DNA of 48,952 bases from IMG/VR virus record IMGVR_UViG_3300006217_000086; one strand, given 5' to 3'. Below, in pieces: positions 6,381 through 15,345 of this stretch; positions within the stretch are counted from its first letter, which is position 1, and each line of letters begins with the position of its first letter. Source of the DNA: a virus. Position numbers and translations under genes: made by a program. The notes under the pieces were generated by a model. It made no database searches and was not told the origin of the DNA. It worked only from the letters and a program-made list of their open reading frames with translations.

Positions 6381-6738
6381 GGCGTCTCACCCCCTCCCAC
6401 TTCTCCAGCCCGTCCAGCACGTCGCACAATCTCAGGGCGTTCTCCGGCGACGGGTCCTTCCGGCAGGCGGCCTTTGCCGCCTCGGTGTCCCGGGTCACCC
6501 GCCAGTGATGCTCCGTCAGCCGGTCCGCAAACACCCGCCGCTTTCCGGCTGCCTGCGCCTGACGCACAATCCGCCGTTTCTCCCCGGCGGCGGCCTCTCT
6601 GGAGAGGACCTTGCCGCAATAATCCCGGTACACCTGCCGCAGCGCCAGATAGGCAGACTGCTCTTCCGCCGGCAGCCCCTCCGGCAGGGGCTCCCCCCGC
6701 ATGGCCGCCCGCTCCCAGGGAAACGCCAGCTCAGCCAT
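6313..6738 (-). CDS. Hypothetical protein (141 aa)
   Basis: ORF in operon phase with its neighbours. Its 3' 68 nt overlap the next ORF, so the true end is uncertain. Confidence 0.5.
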   Translation of the reverse strand: MAELAFPWERAAMRGEPLPEGLPAEEQSAYLALRQVYRDYCGKVLSREAAAGEKRRIVRQAQAAGKRRVFADRLTEHHWRVTRDTEAAKAACRKDPSPENALRLCDVLDGLEKWEGVRRHDKSGSGQDSGPKDHPGRALDV

Positions 6739-7126
6739 GGGGCTCGCCTCCCAGATACCACGCCAGCAGGTCCACCGCCGCCTGCCAGCCGTGGCAGACC
6801 CGCCAAAGGCAGCCCTGGCCGCGCAGCCATTCCCCCCACCATTCCTGTTCCGGGCTGGTATGGCCCCGCTCGGTTTTCATCTCGATGTACAGCCCGTGGT
6901 ACCCTCGCCGAGGCACCGGCAGACACAAATCCGGCACGCCCGCCTTCACCCCCTGCTCCTTCAGGTGCCGGGCCTCTACGGCGTCCCGCCTGCCGCCGTT
7001 GGGGATGTGATAAAGCCCCGCCAGCTCCGGATACTCCCCCCGGTGAAGCCGGGACCAGGCGATCACATTGGCCTGGTGCTGCGCCTCGCTCTTGGGATTG
7101 GCCAGAATCCGAATGCTTGTTTTCAT
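6731..7126 (-). CDS. VRR-NUC domain nuclease
   Basis: SEAQHQANVIAW...YHIPNGGRRD...GVKAGVPDLCL...GLYIEMKTERG..SPEQEWW is the VRR-NUC pattern. ATGA overlap with the helicase stop. Confidence 0.8.
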   Translation of the reverse strand: MKTSIRILANPKSEAQHQANVIAWSRLHRGEYPELAGLYHIPNGGRRDAVEARHLKEQGVKAGVPDLCLPVPRRGYHGLYIEMKTERGHTSPEQEWWGEWLRGQGCLWRVCHGWQAAVDLLAWYLGGEPHG

Positions 7127-8637
7127 ACGCCCCTTCGCCTCCAATGGACCGATAACCGGTTGATAATCTGACTGGCTTGTCCCTTTGTCAGGCCTTGACA
7201 GTCGAAGCCCCGGCACTGCCGTCGAATCAGCCGCAGCTGTCCTTCCGTGGCCTCCGCCCGCCCCCAGCGCTTTACCCGGTTCAGGTCCCAAAGATACCGC
7301 TGGTCTTCCCCGTACTGACACAGGGCGGCGTAGGCCCGGTCCAATGCCTCCTGCATGGAAACACGCCCGTCTGGCAGCTCTACCGTGCCCAGGGCATCCG
7401 GGCAAGGGATGGTCAGGCGTCTCCCCGCCAGAAGCGAGCAGGTCAGGCTCCCGTCCGGCAACTTGAACCAGTTGACATCGTGCGTCTGATACTTCTGTCC
7501 TCTCGCCCACAAATCCACAAGCTCCACGTTTCGAATCCAGCTCTCCGGGCAGTCACTGGCCGCGGCGGCCCGGATGGGCAGCTCCAGCAAATCCCCATCC
7601 AATGCCTTTCTCCGCCCCTCCGGAATGCCGCTTACATCCAGCCCCAGCAGGCTGGGGGCCGTACACAAGGACGCGTTCCCGGTGATGCCCACGCAGTCGA
7701 TGAGGGTCAGCCGTTCCTTTCCCGGCCACAGCCGCAGGCCCCGCCCCACCATCTGGACGTACAGGCTCTCGGACTGGGTGGGCCGGGCCATGATGACTGT
7801 CTCCACCCGGGGGATATCCGTCCCCTCGGTGAACACCTGACAGTTGATGATGCAGGGAATCCTGCCCTCTGTAAACGCCCGAATGATGGCCGCCCGGTCC
7901 TTGGTCTGCCCGGTCACCACCGCCGCGCCGGGGATTTTCGCCGCAATCTCGTTGGCGTGGCGGACGGACACCGCAAAGATCAGCGTAGCCCCCTTTGCGT
8001 ACTCCCGGTACGCCTGAGCAATGGCGTCCGCCGTGCCGTCCATGGCCTCGTCCAGCTCCCCGGGGGCGTAGTCCCCACGCCGGGTATGGACGGCGGTCAG
8101 GTCATAGCCGATGTCTGCCCGCAGGCAGCGGATGTCACAGAGATAGCCGTTCTCAATTCCCCAGCGCAAATCCCGCTGGAAGATGATTTTGGAAAACACA
8201 TCGTCCAGCCGCACCTTGTCGCCGCGGTTGGGCGTGGCCGTGACGCCGATGAGCTTCTCCGGCCGGAAGTACTCCAGAATCCTCCGATAGCTTCGGGCGG
8301 CGGCATGGTGGGCCTCGTCCACCACAATCAGACAGAAGTCCTCCGGGCCAAAGCGGTCCAGACGCCGCGCCAGGCTCTGCACCGACGCGCTGACCACCTC
8401 CTCCCCATGACTCCGGCAGGGTCCCCGCTCCACGCCGAAGGAGCAGGCAAAGTACTTCCTGGGCTGCTCCGCCAGCTCCTCCCGGTGGGAGAGAATCAGC
8501 ATCCGCCCCCCATGCCGGGGAAAGCGGGAGAACGTCACCGTCTTGCCAAGGCCCGTGGCCATCTGGATGAGATAGCTTCCCGGCGGCTGGGCGTCCACCA
8601 AATCCACGCACTCCTGCTGGTATGGTCTCAATTCCAT
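7123..8637 (-). CDS. SF2 DEAD/DEAH-box helicase (ResIII-type)
   Basis: MELRPYQQECV..., MATGLGKT (Walker A), VVDEAHHAAA (motif II), VTATPNR. AAGGAGAA SD upstream of ATG at 8637. Confidence 0.85.
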   Translation of the reverse strand: MELRPYQQECVDLVDAQPPGSYLIQMATGLGKTVTFSRFPRHGGRMLILSHREELAEQPRKYFACSFGVERGPCRSHGEEVVSASVQSLARRLDRFGPEDFCLIVVDEAHHAAARSYRRILEYFRPEKLIGVTATPNRGDKVRLDDVFSKIIFQRDLRWGIENGYLCDIRCLRADIGYDLTAVHTRRGDYAPGELDEAMDGTADAIAQAYREYAKGATLIFAVSVRHANEIAAKIPGAAVVTGQTKDRAAIIRAFTEGRIPCIINCQVFTEGTDIPRVETVIMARPTQSESLYVQMVGRGLRLWPGKERLTLIDCVGITGNASLCTAPSLLGLDVSGIPEGRRKALDGDLLELPIRAAAASDCPESWIRNVELVDLWARGQKYQTHDVNWFKLPDGSLTCSLLAGRRLTIPCPDALGTVELPDGRVSMQEALDRAYAALCQYGEDQRYLWDLNRVKRWGRAEATEGQLRLIRRQCRGFDCQGLTKGQASQIINRLSVHWRRRGV

Positions 8638-8942
8638 GTCAGTTCTCCTTTCCGTGCGACCGTGCGGCTTCGATTCCCACGGTCGCACAGGCGTTGTACG
8701 CCTTAAAAACCGCGCCATTGCCGGCTTTTTGGCGGTTTGTGCAACTGTGCGACTTTTCCCCCGTTTTTTCACATGTGCGGGGAGATTTTTTCTTTTAGGC
8801 GGACGCAATTTTTTCACGCATAAACTTGCTTGTGCGGGGGAGGTCGCACAGTTGCACAAATCGCGCAAAGTGCCGCAAACCCTCGGAAACACAGAAAAGC
8901 TCCGTGTGCGGCCTTTTCAAAGCGGGTTGTACAAAGTCGCAC
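8638..8942. promoter_or_regulatory. Putative replication origin / iteron region
   Basis: Multiple TGTGCG(A/G) motifs. An 11-bp inverted repeat (8654..8664 / 8678..8688) and a perfect 17-bp inverted repeat ttgtgcaactgtgcgac (8737..8753 / 8843..8859). Repeated TTTTTTCAC and AT-rich runs. Lies between two helicase genes. Confidence 0.55.
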
Positions 8943-10940
8943 TCATAAAGGAAGTTCGCCGTACTCATCCGATTCTCCGTCATCTGGCGGCAGCCGCATC
9001 CAAACGCAGTGAACGGCCACGCCATCGATGCGCTTCGTTTTTGTGTACCCCTTGCTTGCAGTGATAATTAATTCCTTCGACTTCAAATGCCCGAGCAGCG
9101 CCTTGGACGATAGCCCGGCCTCCTCACACGCCTTGTTCCAGATGGTGCGGTTGATAATGGCCATGCCGCCGTCAATGACGCCATAGCGTTCTCCGCGCTC
9201 CGCGCTCTCCCGGAACTGGTTCACATGGGCCGCCACCCAGCCGCACATATACTCGTAGCCGCGTTCGGATGTGCTGACCTCGTTCTTTTCTTTTAGGAAC
9301 TCGCCCAGTTCAGAGGCAGCCAGAGCGCGGCCATCCTGAAAAATCCATTCTGTGGCAAGCTGGTCCGCGGTGATGATCAAGGCCGCTGCCATGGCCTGTT
9401 TCTCTGTGGTATCGCTTTGAATACAAGCTGTATAGTTTTCCTCGTAGAGAGCCCGCGCCCTGTCCATCTCGCCGTCCTTACACAGGCGGTCAATAAACCG
9501 TTTTCCAGCATGGCCATAATTGAGTTTCAGGACGCCCGCGGTGCGGTGGCCATCTTGGATGACGGCCTCCCCATAGCGGCACTCAATCTCCACCACGCGG
9601 TTGGCCGCGCCGGCGCCGTCCGTTTCCCCCACCAACGGTGTTTCCCCGGAGGTAATAAAGCAGTTGGCCCATTTGGGTGTATAGTCCAAGCCCAGCCCCC
9701 GGTTTCCCCGCAGCTTTCCGGACCCGGCCGCCAGCTCGTACACATTGAAATTGACTCTCCCATGCCGGTCCCGGGCCAGCTGCAGCTCGTCCAGAAAGAG
9801 AGGGAGCGAGTGCAGAAATCCGGCCATCAGCTCCACGCCCACGGATGTGCTCTTGAAGGTCTGAAGGTACGCGCCGCCTGCGGTGGGGTTCGCCCACACG
9901 GACGCCCCCAGCATCTGTGCCACGGTCTTGCCAGTGCCGCTGTCCATGCTCCACAGGTGGACGAAAAACGGCAGGCACCCAAGCGGCTCCACCAGCACCG
10001 AGGCGAAGGAGGCCGCCAGTACAATGCGGGCCGCCAGGCTGTAGGAGCGGGCATCCAGGGCCTCGGTAAGCCAATTGCCGAGGCTTCCGGCCTGGCCGAT
10101 GGCTTTATATATCGGGCGGAAGCTATCCGCGCTGTCGAAGGTCACGCCCCCCACATAGGGAGAAAACCCCTCCTCGTTCCAGCCCATGCGGCTGACCGCC
10201 TTTACCTCTGGGAGAAGCTCCCGGTTGCGGTCAATGGCGTCCCGCAGGAAGTCTACCAGCGCCTGGGCCCGCTCCCCGCTGGTGACCGAGATGCCGCAGT
10301 CCGCCAGGGCCACAATGTCCGTGGCCTTGGCAATCCGGCTCATGGGCACCACCAGCTCGCTCCAGGGGGCCCGACCCTCATAGCTGCGGCGATAAGCCAG
10401 CTTCACCTTGACCGTGTTGGTATCAATGCTCCGCAGCAGCTGGACCGGCATGATGGGGTGGGTGCAGGCGTAGACCGGCTGGCCGGAGCCGCCGCGGCGC
10501 CAGATGCCGCTTTCGTCCGCGGTCCATTCACCCACATTCAAGTCCAGCGCCTGGTCCAGAAAATCGGATACGCCGTCCTCCCGGCCCGCCAGCTTTGCCC
10601 GGCGGGCCTCCTCCCGATAAGCCCTCAGCCGCTGGGCAAAGCCGGAGACCCGCTGCTTTCTGGCCAGGTCCCGCAGGTCATACTCCGCCTGGGTCCGCTG
10701 ATAGCTGTCGGGGATCCCCTCCAGCCACTGGAACACCTTTCCGCTGCGGAAATCCTCCGCGTGAAACTCCGGAAGGAAAAATTCCGGCTCGTTTTCCGGG
10801 ACAGCATCCCCGGGCTTTGGCCGGTTTTCCGCGTACTGCCGCAGCTCCTCCAGGGTGATGCCGTCCCTCAGGTGCTTCTGGACCTCGTCCAGGCTCATAT
10901 GCTTCAGAACAACGCTGAGGGCGTCTTTTCCCTCCTCCAC
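8943..10940 (-). CDS. DUF927-type SF3 helicase / primase-helicase
   Basis: GTG start after AGGAGGTGA. ...SRMGWNEEGF..., P-loop SGTGKTVAQ, LFLDELQ. Confidence 0.65.
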   Translation of the reverse strand: MEEGKDALSVVLKHMSLDEVQKHLRDGITLEELRQYAENRPKPGDAVPENEPEFFLPEFHAEDFRSGKVFQWLEGIPDSYQRTQAEYDLRDLARKQRVSGFAQRLRAYREEARRAKLAGREDGVSDFLDQALDLNVGEWTADESGIWRRGGSGQPVYACTHPIMPVQLLRSIDTNTVKVKLAYRRSYEGRAPWSELVVPMSRIAKATDIVALADCGISVTSGERAQALVDFLRDAIDRNRELLPEVKAVSRMGWNEEGFSPYVGGVTFDSADSFRPIYKAIGQAGSLGNWLTEALDARSYSLAARIVLAASFASVLVEPLGCLPFFVHLWSMDSGTGKTVAQMLGASVWANPTAGGAYLQTFKSTSVGVELMAGFLHSLPLFLDELQLARDRHGRVNFNVYELAAGSGKLRGNRGLGLDYTPKWANCFITSGETPLVGETDGAGAANRVVEIECRYGEAVIQDGHRTAGVLKLNYGHAGKRFIDRLCKDGEMDRARALYEENYTACIQSDTTEKQAMAAALIITADQLATEWIFQDGRALAASELGEFLKEKNEVSTSERGYEYMCGWVAAHVNQFRESAERGERYGVIDGGMAIINRTIWNKACEEAGLSSKALLGHLKSKELIITASKGYTKTKRIDGVAVHCVWMRLPPDDGESDEYGELPL

Positions 10941-10983
10941 GATTCTCACCTCCTGTTCTCTTTCTCCCGGGAACGGATTCTCC

Positions 10984-11169
10984 TCACCCCACCTTCTCAC
11001 AGATGCCCGTCCCAAAGCTGGCGGAGCCGGAGACCCAGTAAAACTGCCCGGGATGCTCCGGGTCCTCCACCCGCTTCCAGGTTCCCTCCCGGCGGAAGGG
11101 CGGCACGCCGGGGCATTGGGGCGTGATCTCCAGTACGCCCTCGTAAATCTCCAGAACCGGTTCGTTCAT
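10984..11169 (-). CDS. Small hypothetical protein (61 aa)
   Basis: GGAAAGGAGAG SD followed by ATG. MNEPVLEIYEGVLEITPQCPGVPPFRREGTW... Confidence 0.5.
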   Translation of the reverse strand: MNEPVLEIYEGVLEITPQCPGVPPFRREGTWKRVEDPEHPGQFYWVSGSASFGTGICEKVG

Positions 11170-11188
11170 GCGCGTCTCTCCTTTCCCA

Positions 11189-11614
11189 TCAGAACGGCAG
11201 AACGCCGTCCTCGCCGTACAACTCCTCAAATTCCTTGTCATCCGGGAAAGCGCTGACCGGTCTGCCCGCAGGGTTTCCGCCGGCAGCGCCTTCCCGTTTG
11301 GAATCCCCGAAGTACACATTATCCGCCACAATTTCCGCGCTTTTGCGCCTGCCGCCCTCCCGGTCGGTCCAATCGCGAATCTGCAGGCGGCCCTCCACAA
11401 TGGCCATGCGGCCCTTGGCCAAATATTTGCTCACGAACTCGGCGGTATTGCGCCAGGCCACAATGTCCAGAAAATCCGTCTCCTTCTCGCCGCTCTGGGA
11501 TTTGAAATCCCGGTCACAGGCAATGGTGAAGGCGGTCACGGCATTGCCGTTCTGAGTCCGGCGCAGCTCCGGGTCACGGGTCAGACGGCCCATGACGGCG
11601 ATTTTATTCAGCAT
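11189..11614 (-). CDS. ssb: Single-stranded DNA-binding protein
   Basis: MLNKIAVMGRLTRDPELRRTQNGNAVTAFTIA... is an OB-fold pattern. Acidic tail ...EELYGEDGVLPF. Confidence 0.9.
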   Translation of the reverse strand: MLNKIAVMGRLTRDPELRRTQNGNAVTAFTIACDRDFKSQSGEKETDFLDIVAWRNTAEFVSKYLAKGRMAIVEGRLQIRDWTDREGGRRKSAEIVADNVYFGDSKREGAAGGNPAGRPVSAFPDDKEFEELYGEDGVLPF

Positions 11615-11835
11615 AAATCCTCCCATTTGTGGTAAGTCACGCTCTCCCGGGTCCACTCCGGGTAAAAGCCCTTGAGATAGTCCGTCAGGAATTGGTACAA
11701 ATCCGCCCTGGTGACGCCCTGACCCAGCTGCTCCAGGCCGCCCCCCCCGGCCGGCCGCACAGAACGCAGCGCCCGCCGTCCCGCCGGAAAACCTTCTGTT
11801 TCAAGGCCGGGGAAAGGGCTGTGGCTTTCGTCTCC

Positions 11836-12360
11836 TTATGCACGCGTCCACCTCTCTTTCATGGATTCCAGCTTGTCCGGCGTCAGGGTCTCAATCCCCT
11901 GAGCCTTGCAGTCAGTTACAATCAAATCAATGAGGCGGGCCATCTGGGCGGTGTCATAGGTACTGGACCCATAATACAGCAGCAGTGTCGTATAGCCGGG
12001 AGAGACGCCGGGCATCTGCTCCGTCAGCCAGCCCTTCCCGTGGCTGCTCCAGATCTCCCGCAGCTTTTCCGCCCCTTCCGCCGCCACGCTGACGGTCTCA
12101 CAGTTCCCGCCGATTTCCGGAATGTAGTGCCGGTACACGGCTTCCGGAGAGATGCCAAGGGCGGCGGAGAGCTTTCCCGCCAGAACCCAGAAATAGGCGT
12201 TGGCATCCAGGGAGCGCCGCTGCCGGCGCGGCTGGAGGGCAATCTCCAGCTCCTTTCCCCTCAGCCGGTCAAACCGGTCCCGGAAATCCTCCTCCAGCTC
12301 CAGGGTCAGCCGCTGCTTCCGGTTCAGCCCCAAAGCCAGATCCAGCAGACGGCCCGTCAT
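11836..12360 (-). CDS. NinB/Orf-like recombination protein
   Basis: RRSLDANAYFWVLAGKLSAALG motif. ATGA coupling to the upstream gene. Confidence 0.5.
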   Translation of the reverse strand: MTGRLLDLALGLNRKQRLTLELEEDFRDRFDRLRGKELEIALQPRRQRRSLDANAYFWVLAGKLSAALGISPEAVYRHYIPEIGGNCETVSVAAEGAEKLREIWSSHGKGWLTEQMPGVSPGYTTLLLYYGSSTYDTAQMARLIDLIVTDCKAQGIETLTPDKLESMKERWTRA

Positions 12361-12992
12361 GCCGGTTCGCCGGCATTGGCCCGTTTCATGCACTCGCCGC
12401 AGAGCGGACGGCCAAACTTCCGCTCGCTGTAGCGCGCCATGTCCCTGGAAGGCCAAAGGGTCCCATCCTTACGCCTCACCGGCTCAATCACCACTCCGCA
12501 GTCCGCACAGGCTGGCGGCACAGGCGGCGAAACGGGTGGAGGCGGCGCGTCATCCGGCGGCCGGCCGTATTTGGAGCGCCCGGCTGCCCAATACACATCC
12601 GCCCCAAAGCCCAGAGCCTTGCAGGCCACGCTGATAGCGTCGGTCAGAGCCATTTTGAAGCACTCATCCGAGGTGTAGAGTCCGCTCTTTTCCCGGGCCG
12701 CAAAGGCCGCGCCGCCGGTTCCGGGGACGGGTTCGGACCAGGTATCCTCCAGCCTGTAAAAGAGATCAATGTCCATAAAGGCGGCGATCTCTCCATTGGC
12801 GCCGGGTTCCAGGCGCTTGTCCCGGATCACATATTTCCACCCCATCCCGCAGGGTCCAAAGCGTTCGGTCAAGGCCTGGATGCGCCACATGGGGTTGATG
12901 TCGGTCATGCCCTTCAGGCGGCCGCCGCCAATCGCCTTTTGGGCCTCCGGCGGCACCGCCCGGACCGCGTTGTAAAGCTCCATGTTTTCCAT
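12357..12992 (-). CDS. Rad52/Sak-like single-strand annealing protein with a C-terminal zinc ribbon
   Basis: GRLKGMTDINPMWRIQALTERFGPCGMGWKY resembles the Rad52/22 core. C-terminus CADCG...CGEC. Confidence 0.5.
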   Translation of the reverse strand: MENMELYNAVRAVPPEAQKAIGGGRLKGMTDINPMWRIQALTERFGPCGMGWKYVIRDKRLEPGANGEIAAFMDIDLFYRLEDTWSEPVPGTGGAAFAAREKSGLYTSDECFKMALTDAISVACKALGFGADVYWAAGRSKYGRPPDDAPPPPVSPPVPPACADCGVVIEPVRRKDGTLWPSRDMARYSERKFGRPLCGECMKRANAGEPA

Positions 12993-13490
12993 TTACTTCA
13001 CCACCACATTCCGTTTTTTCACAATGGCCGCGCCGGGGATTTCTTTCCCCGCCTGAAGGTAATCCCTCAGGCGGATTTTCAGAAGAACCGGCGGCTTACA
13101 GCTCAGGCAGTCCGTGCAGCCGCTCTCCTCCGCCCAGCGGATGACGGCGGCGGTATCCGCAATCTCCACGGACTCGGACGCCCGGAAGGAGACGGCGCAG
13201 CGGGGTGTTTTCAGGGCCCGGCCGTCCAGGAAGTGCTCCAGCAGCTCCTTCAGTCTCTGGGCGCGGCCAGAGAGGGTGCAGCTCCGCTTTGTCAGCTTGT
13301 CCGCCTCCGCTTTTACCGCCTCCGCCTCCGCGGAGGCATTCTTGTACCACAGGGCCAGATTCTCTATCAGAGCCGTCCGCTCCATGTGCAGGGCCGCAAA
13401 GGCATCCGCGTCCAGCAGCTCCCCGGTCTCCGGGTCCACCAGCTCATAGAGCCGCCGGTCCACCTCATAAAGCTCCAGGACGGTGTTCAT
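12993..13490 (-). CDS. Siphovirus Gp157-family protein
   Basis: MNTVLELYEVDRRLYELVDPETGELLD... coiled-coil pattern. GGAGGAGG SD. Confidence 0.55.
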   Translation of the reverse strand: MNTVLELYEVDRRLYELVDPETGELLDADAFAALHMERTALIENLALWYKNASAEAEAVKAEADKLTKRSCTLSGRAQRLKELLEHFLDGRALKTPRCAVSFRASESVEIADTAAVIRWAEESGCTDCLSCKPPVLLKIRLRDYLQAGKEIPGAAIVKKRNVVVK

Positions 13491-13656
13491 CCGCCTCCTC
13501 CTTTCCATAGGGGTCAAATTCCGCCAGATAGGGGCTCTCGCAGTACGGGCAGCGGGACTCGCACAGGGTCTCCCAGAAGCCGTCCGGCTGGGGCTGGTGG
13601 TACCGGCGCAGCGGCCGCTCCGCCAGCACCGCCCCGCAGTCCTCACAGCGCACCAT
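13465..13656 (-). CDS. Small zinc-ribbon protein
   Basis: AGGAGGAG SD. MVRCEDCGAVL...CPYCESPY. Confidence 0.5.
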   Translation of the reverse strand: MVRCEDCGAVLAERPLRRYHQPQPDGFWETLCESRCPYCESPYLAEFDPYGKEEADEHRPGAL

Positions 13657-14060
13657 GGGGGGGCTCCTCCTTTCTTTGGCAGCGGTTTTCCGCTGGCGGC
13701 AGATGCCCCTGCCGCCAGCGGTACACCGTGCCTCTGCTGATGCCCAGCTCCCGGGCCAGCTGCCGGTCGGACTTTCCGGAGCCCAGGGCCCGCTCCGCCT
13801 CCTCCCGGCTGTGTGTGGGAGGCCGGCCGGCTCCCGGGCCCCGCCGGCCCCGCCGGGGCGGCGGCGTCTCGCCCAGCTGGGCCAGCAGCTCCCGGGCCCC
13901 GCCGGCCCCGCCGGGGCGGCGGCGTCTCGCCCAGCTGGGCCAGCAGCTCCCGGATGTCCTCCCGCCGGCACAGGCACAGGTCCGCCAGCACCGTGAGCAT
14001 CTGCTGCTTGTCCTTCCCCTGCCGGTATGCCCGGAGGATCTCCCCGGGGGTCATGTACAT
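13643..14060 (-). pseudogene. HTH DNA-binding protein gene, frameshifted by a 58-bp tandem duplication
   Basis: N-terminus MYMTPGEILRAYRQGKDKQQMLTVLADL...ELLAQLGETPPPRRGRRGPG. The C-terminal HTH ...SDRQLARELGISRGTVYRWRQ is in the +1 frame. Removing one 58-bp copy restores a single ORF. Confidence 0.7.
13836..13951. repeat. Perfect 2 x 58-bp tandem duplication (plus a 6-nt partial third copy at 13830..13835)
   Basis: The unit gggccccgccggccccgccggggcggcggcgtctcgcccagctgggccagcagctccc is repeated head to tail. 58 is not a multiple of 3. Confidence 0.9.
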
Positions 14061-14073
14061 GACTCCGCCTCCC

Positions 14074-15345
14074 TTAAATATCAACGTCTGGGTCATAGGC
14101 CTGCTCTTGCTCCGCCGCCACAAAATCATCCATGACAATGTCATTGATGTCATCAAACGCGCAGGGATATGTATCCATTAAGGAACTGGTTTCATAATAA
14201 TCGAAAACGGAGCATTGGCCGTTGCGCTTGAGCCGCTGGAGCTTCCGGATTTCGTCCGCCAGGCCCCGCCGCATGAACACGTCCCACGCTTTCGGGTGGG
14301 TACGCCGCAGCATGGCCAGATGGTTTTTGCGAAATATCAAATCCGTGCCGCAGGCCATGCAGCCATTTCTTTTTACCCTGGTCCCATCATACAATCTGAG
14401 TTCGTATAAAGGTGAATAGGGCACCTCAAACCGGCGGATGTACTCCCAGATGTCGTCATCCGTCCAGATGGAGATGGGATTGCAGTGCCAGAAGCTGTCC
14501 CCTTCCGGCAGGTGGTCCCGATGGGACTCAAAGAGGTACCCTCTGGAGCAAAAGTTGGTCTGCCGGGTCCGGCTCTCCGCCGCCATCAGGCCCTTGAAAA
14601 TCACATCCACTCCCAGCTCTGCCTGCTTCTTTTCGCTGGGCTCTTTTTTCAGGAATCCACAACAGGCCTGAGAGATTTTTACCTCCCGCAGAACGTCATA
14701 GTACTCTGCCAACTCCGGTTTTTGGCTCTTGCTCTTCGAGTAGTTCAGAAAGCAGTCGATGTTGACCCGGTGGGCCTTCAGTTTTGAGTAGGATTTGCCC
14801 AAAAGCGGCCAGCCATATTGGTCCACACACCAGAAGTAATTCTTTGGCGTTCCCGCCCTCCAAATCTTGTTGCGGCGGGCATAGGCTTCCCAAAGCTCAG
14901 GCGGGCACAGCTCGTCCAAAATGGTCGTCCGTTTGAGCTTCCCGTCCGGCTTCAGGATTTCATGAAGCCGGCCCTGCTCTGCAATCCGCCTCAAAACCTC
15001 GCACTGCCCCTCATATTTCAGCCCGTCCCGCTCCAGTGGGAGCGGGCGGACCTCGTGGAACCGCTTCTCGCCCCACTTTGCACCCAGCTCCCGGGCAAAA
15101 CGCAGGCTCTCCGGATATTCCACGCCAGTATTTCCAAAGATGATGTGCAGCCGCGCTTCTTCCCGCGGGAAATAGCGGCGGATAAGGTCCCAGAGGACGG
15201 TGCTGTCCTTTCCGCCGGAGAAGGCCAGCGCCGGCGTATGGCGGCAGACGGCAACCGCCTGTCCAATGGCCTCCACAGCCTTCTGAATTTTGTAATCCAG
15301 CGGCTTTTTTTGTTCTTCAGCCAGCGCCGGATAGCTCATGTACAT
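14074..15345 (-). CDS. PAPS reductase-family (ATP-PPase fold) protein with a Cys-rich C-terminal region
   Basis: ALAFSGGKDSTVLWDLI P-loop-like SGGKDS motif. CMACGTD cluster later in the protein. SD GGAGGCGGAG. Confidence 0.75.
   Translation of the reverse strand: MYMSYPALAEEQKKPLDYKIQKAVEAIGQAVAVCRHTPALAFSGGKDSTVLWDLIRRYFPREEARLHIIFGNTGVEYPESLRFARELGAKWGEKRFHEVRPLPLERDGLKYEGQCEVLRRIAEQGRLHEILKPDGKLKRTTILDELCPPELWEAYARRNKIWRAGTPKNYFWCVDQYGWPLLGKSYSKLKAHRVNIDCFLNYSKSKSQKPELAEYYDVLREVKISQACCGFLKKEPSEKKQAELGVDVIFKGLMAAESRTRQTNFCSRGYLFESHRDHLPEGDSFWHCNPISIWTDDDIWEYIRRFEVPYSPLYELRLYDGTRVKRNGCMACGTDLIFRKNHLAMLRRTHPKAWDVFMRRGLADEIRKLQRLKRNGQCSVFDYYETSSLMDTYPCAFDDINDIVMDDFVAAEQEQAYDPDVDI

Noticed and set aside
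6731-7510. 259-aa ORF in the track that extends the VRR-NUC gene upstream
   Set aside because: The upstream 128 codons overlap the helicase gene in another frame and are low-complexity. The VRR-NUC domain starts at ATG 7126, which overlaps the helicase stop.
12993-14156. 387-aa ORF in the track read as a single gene
   Set aside because: It is a chimera of the frameshifted HTH gene, wrong-frame read-through of GC-rich sequence, and the Gp157 gene. Internal SD/start sites and motif content define separate genes.
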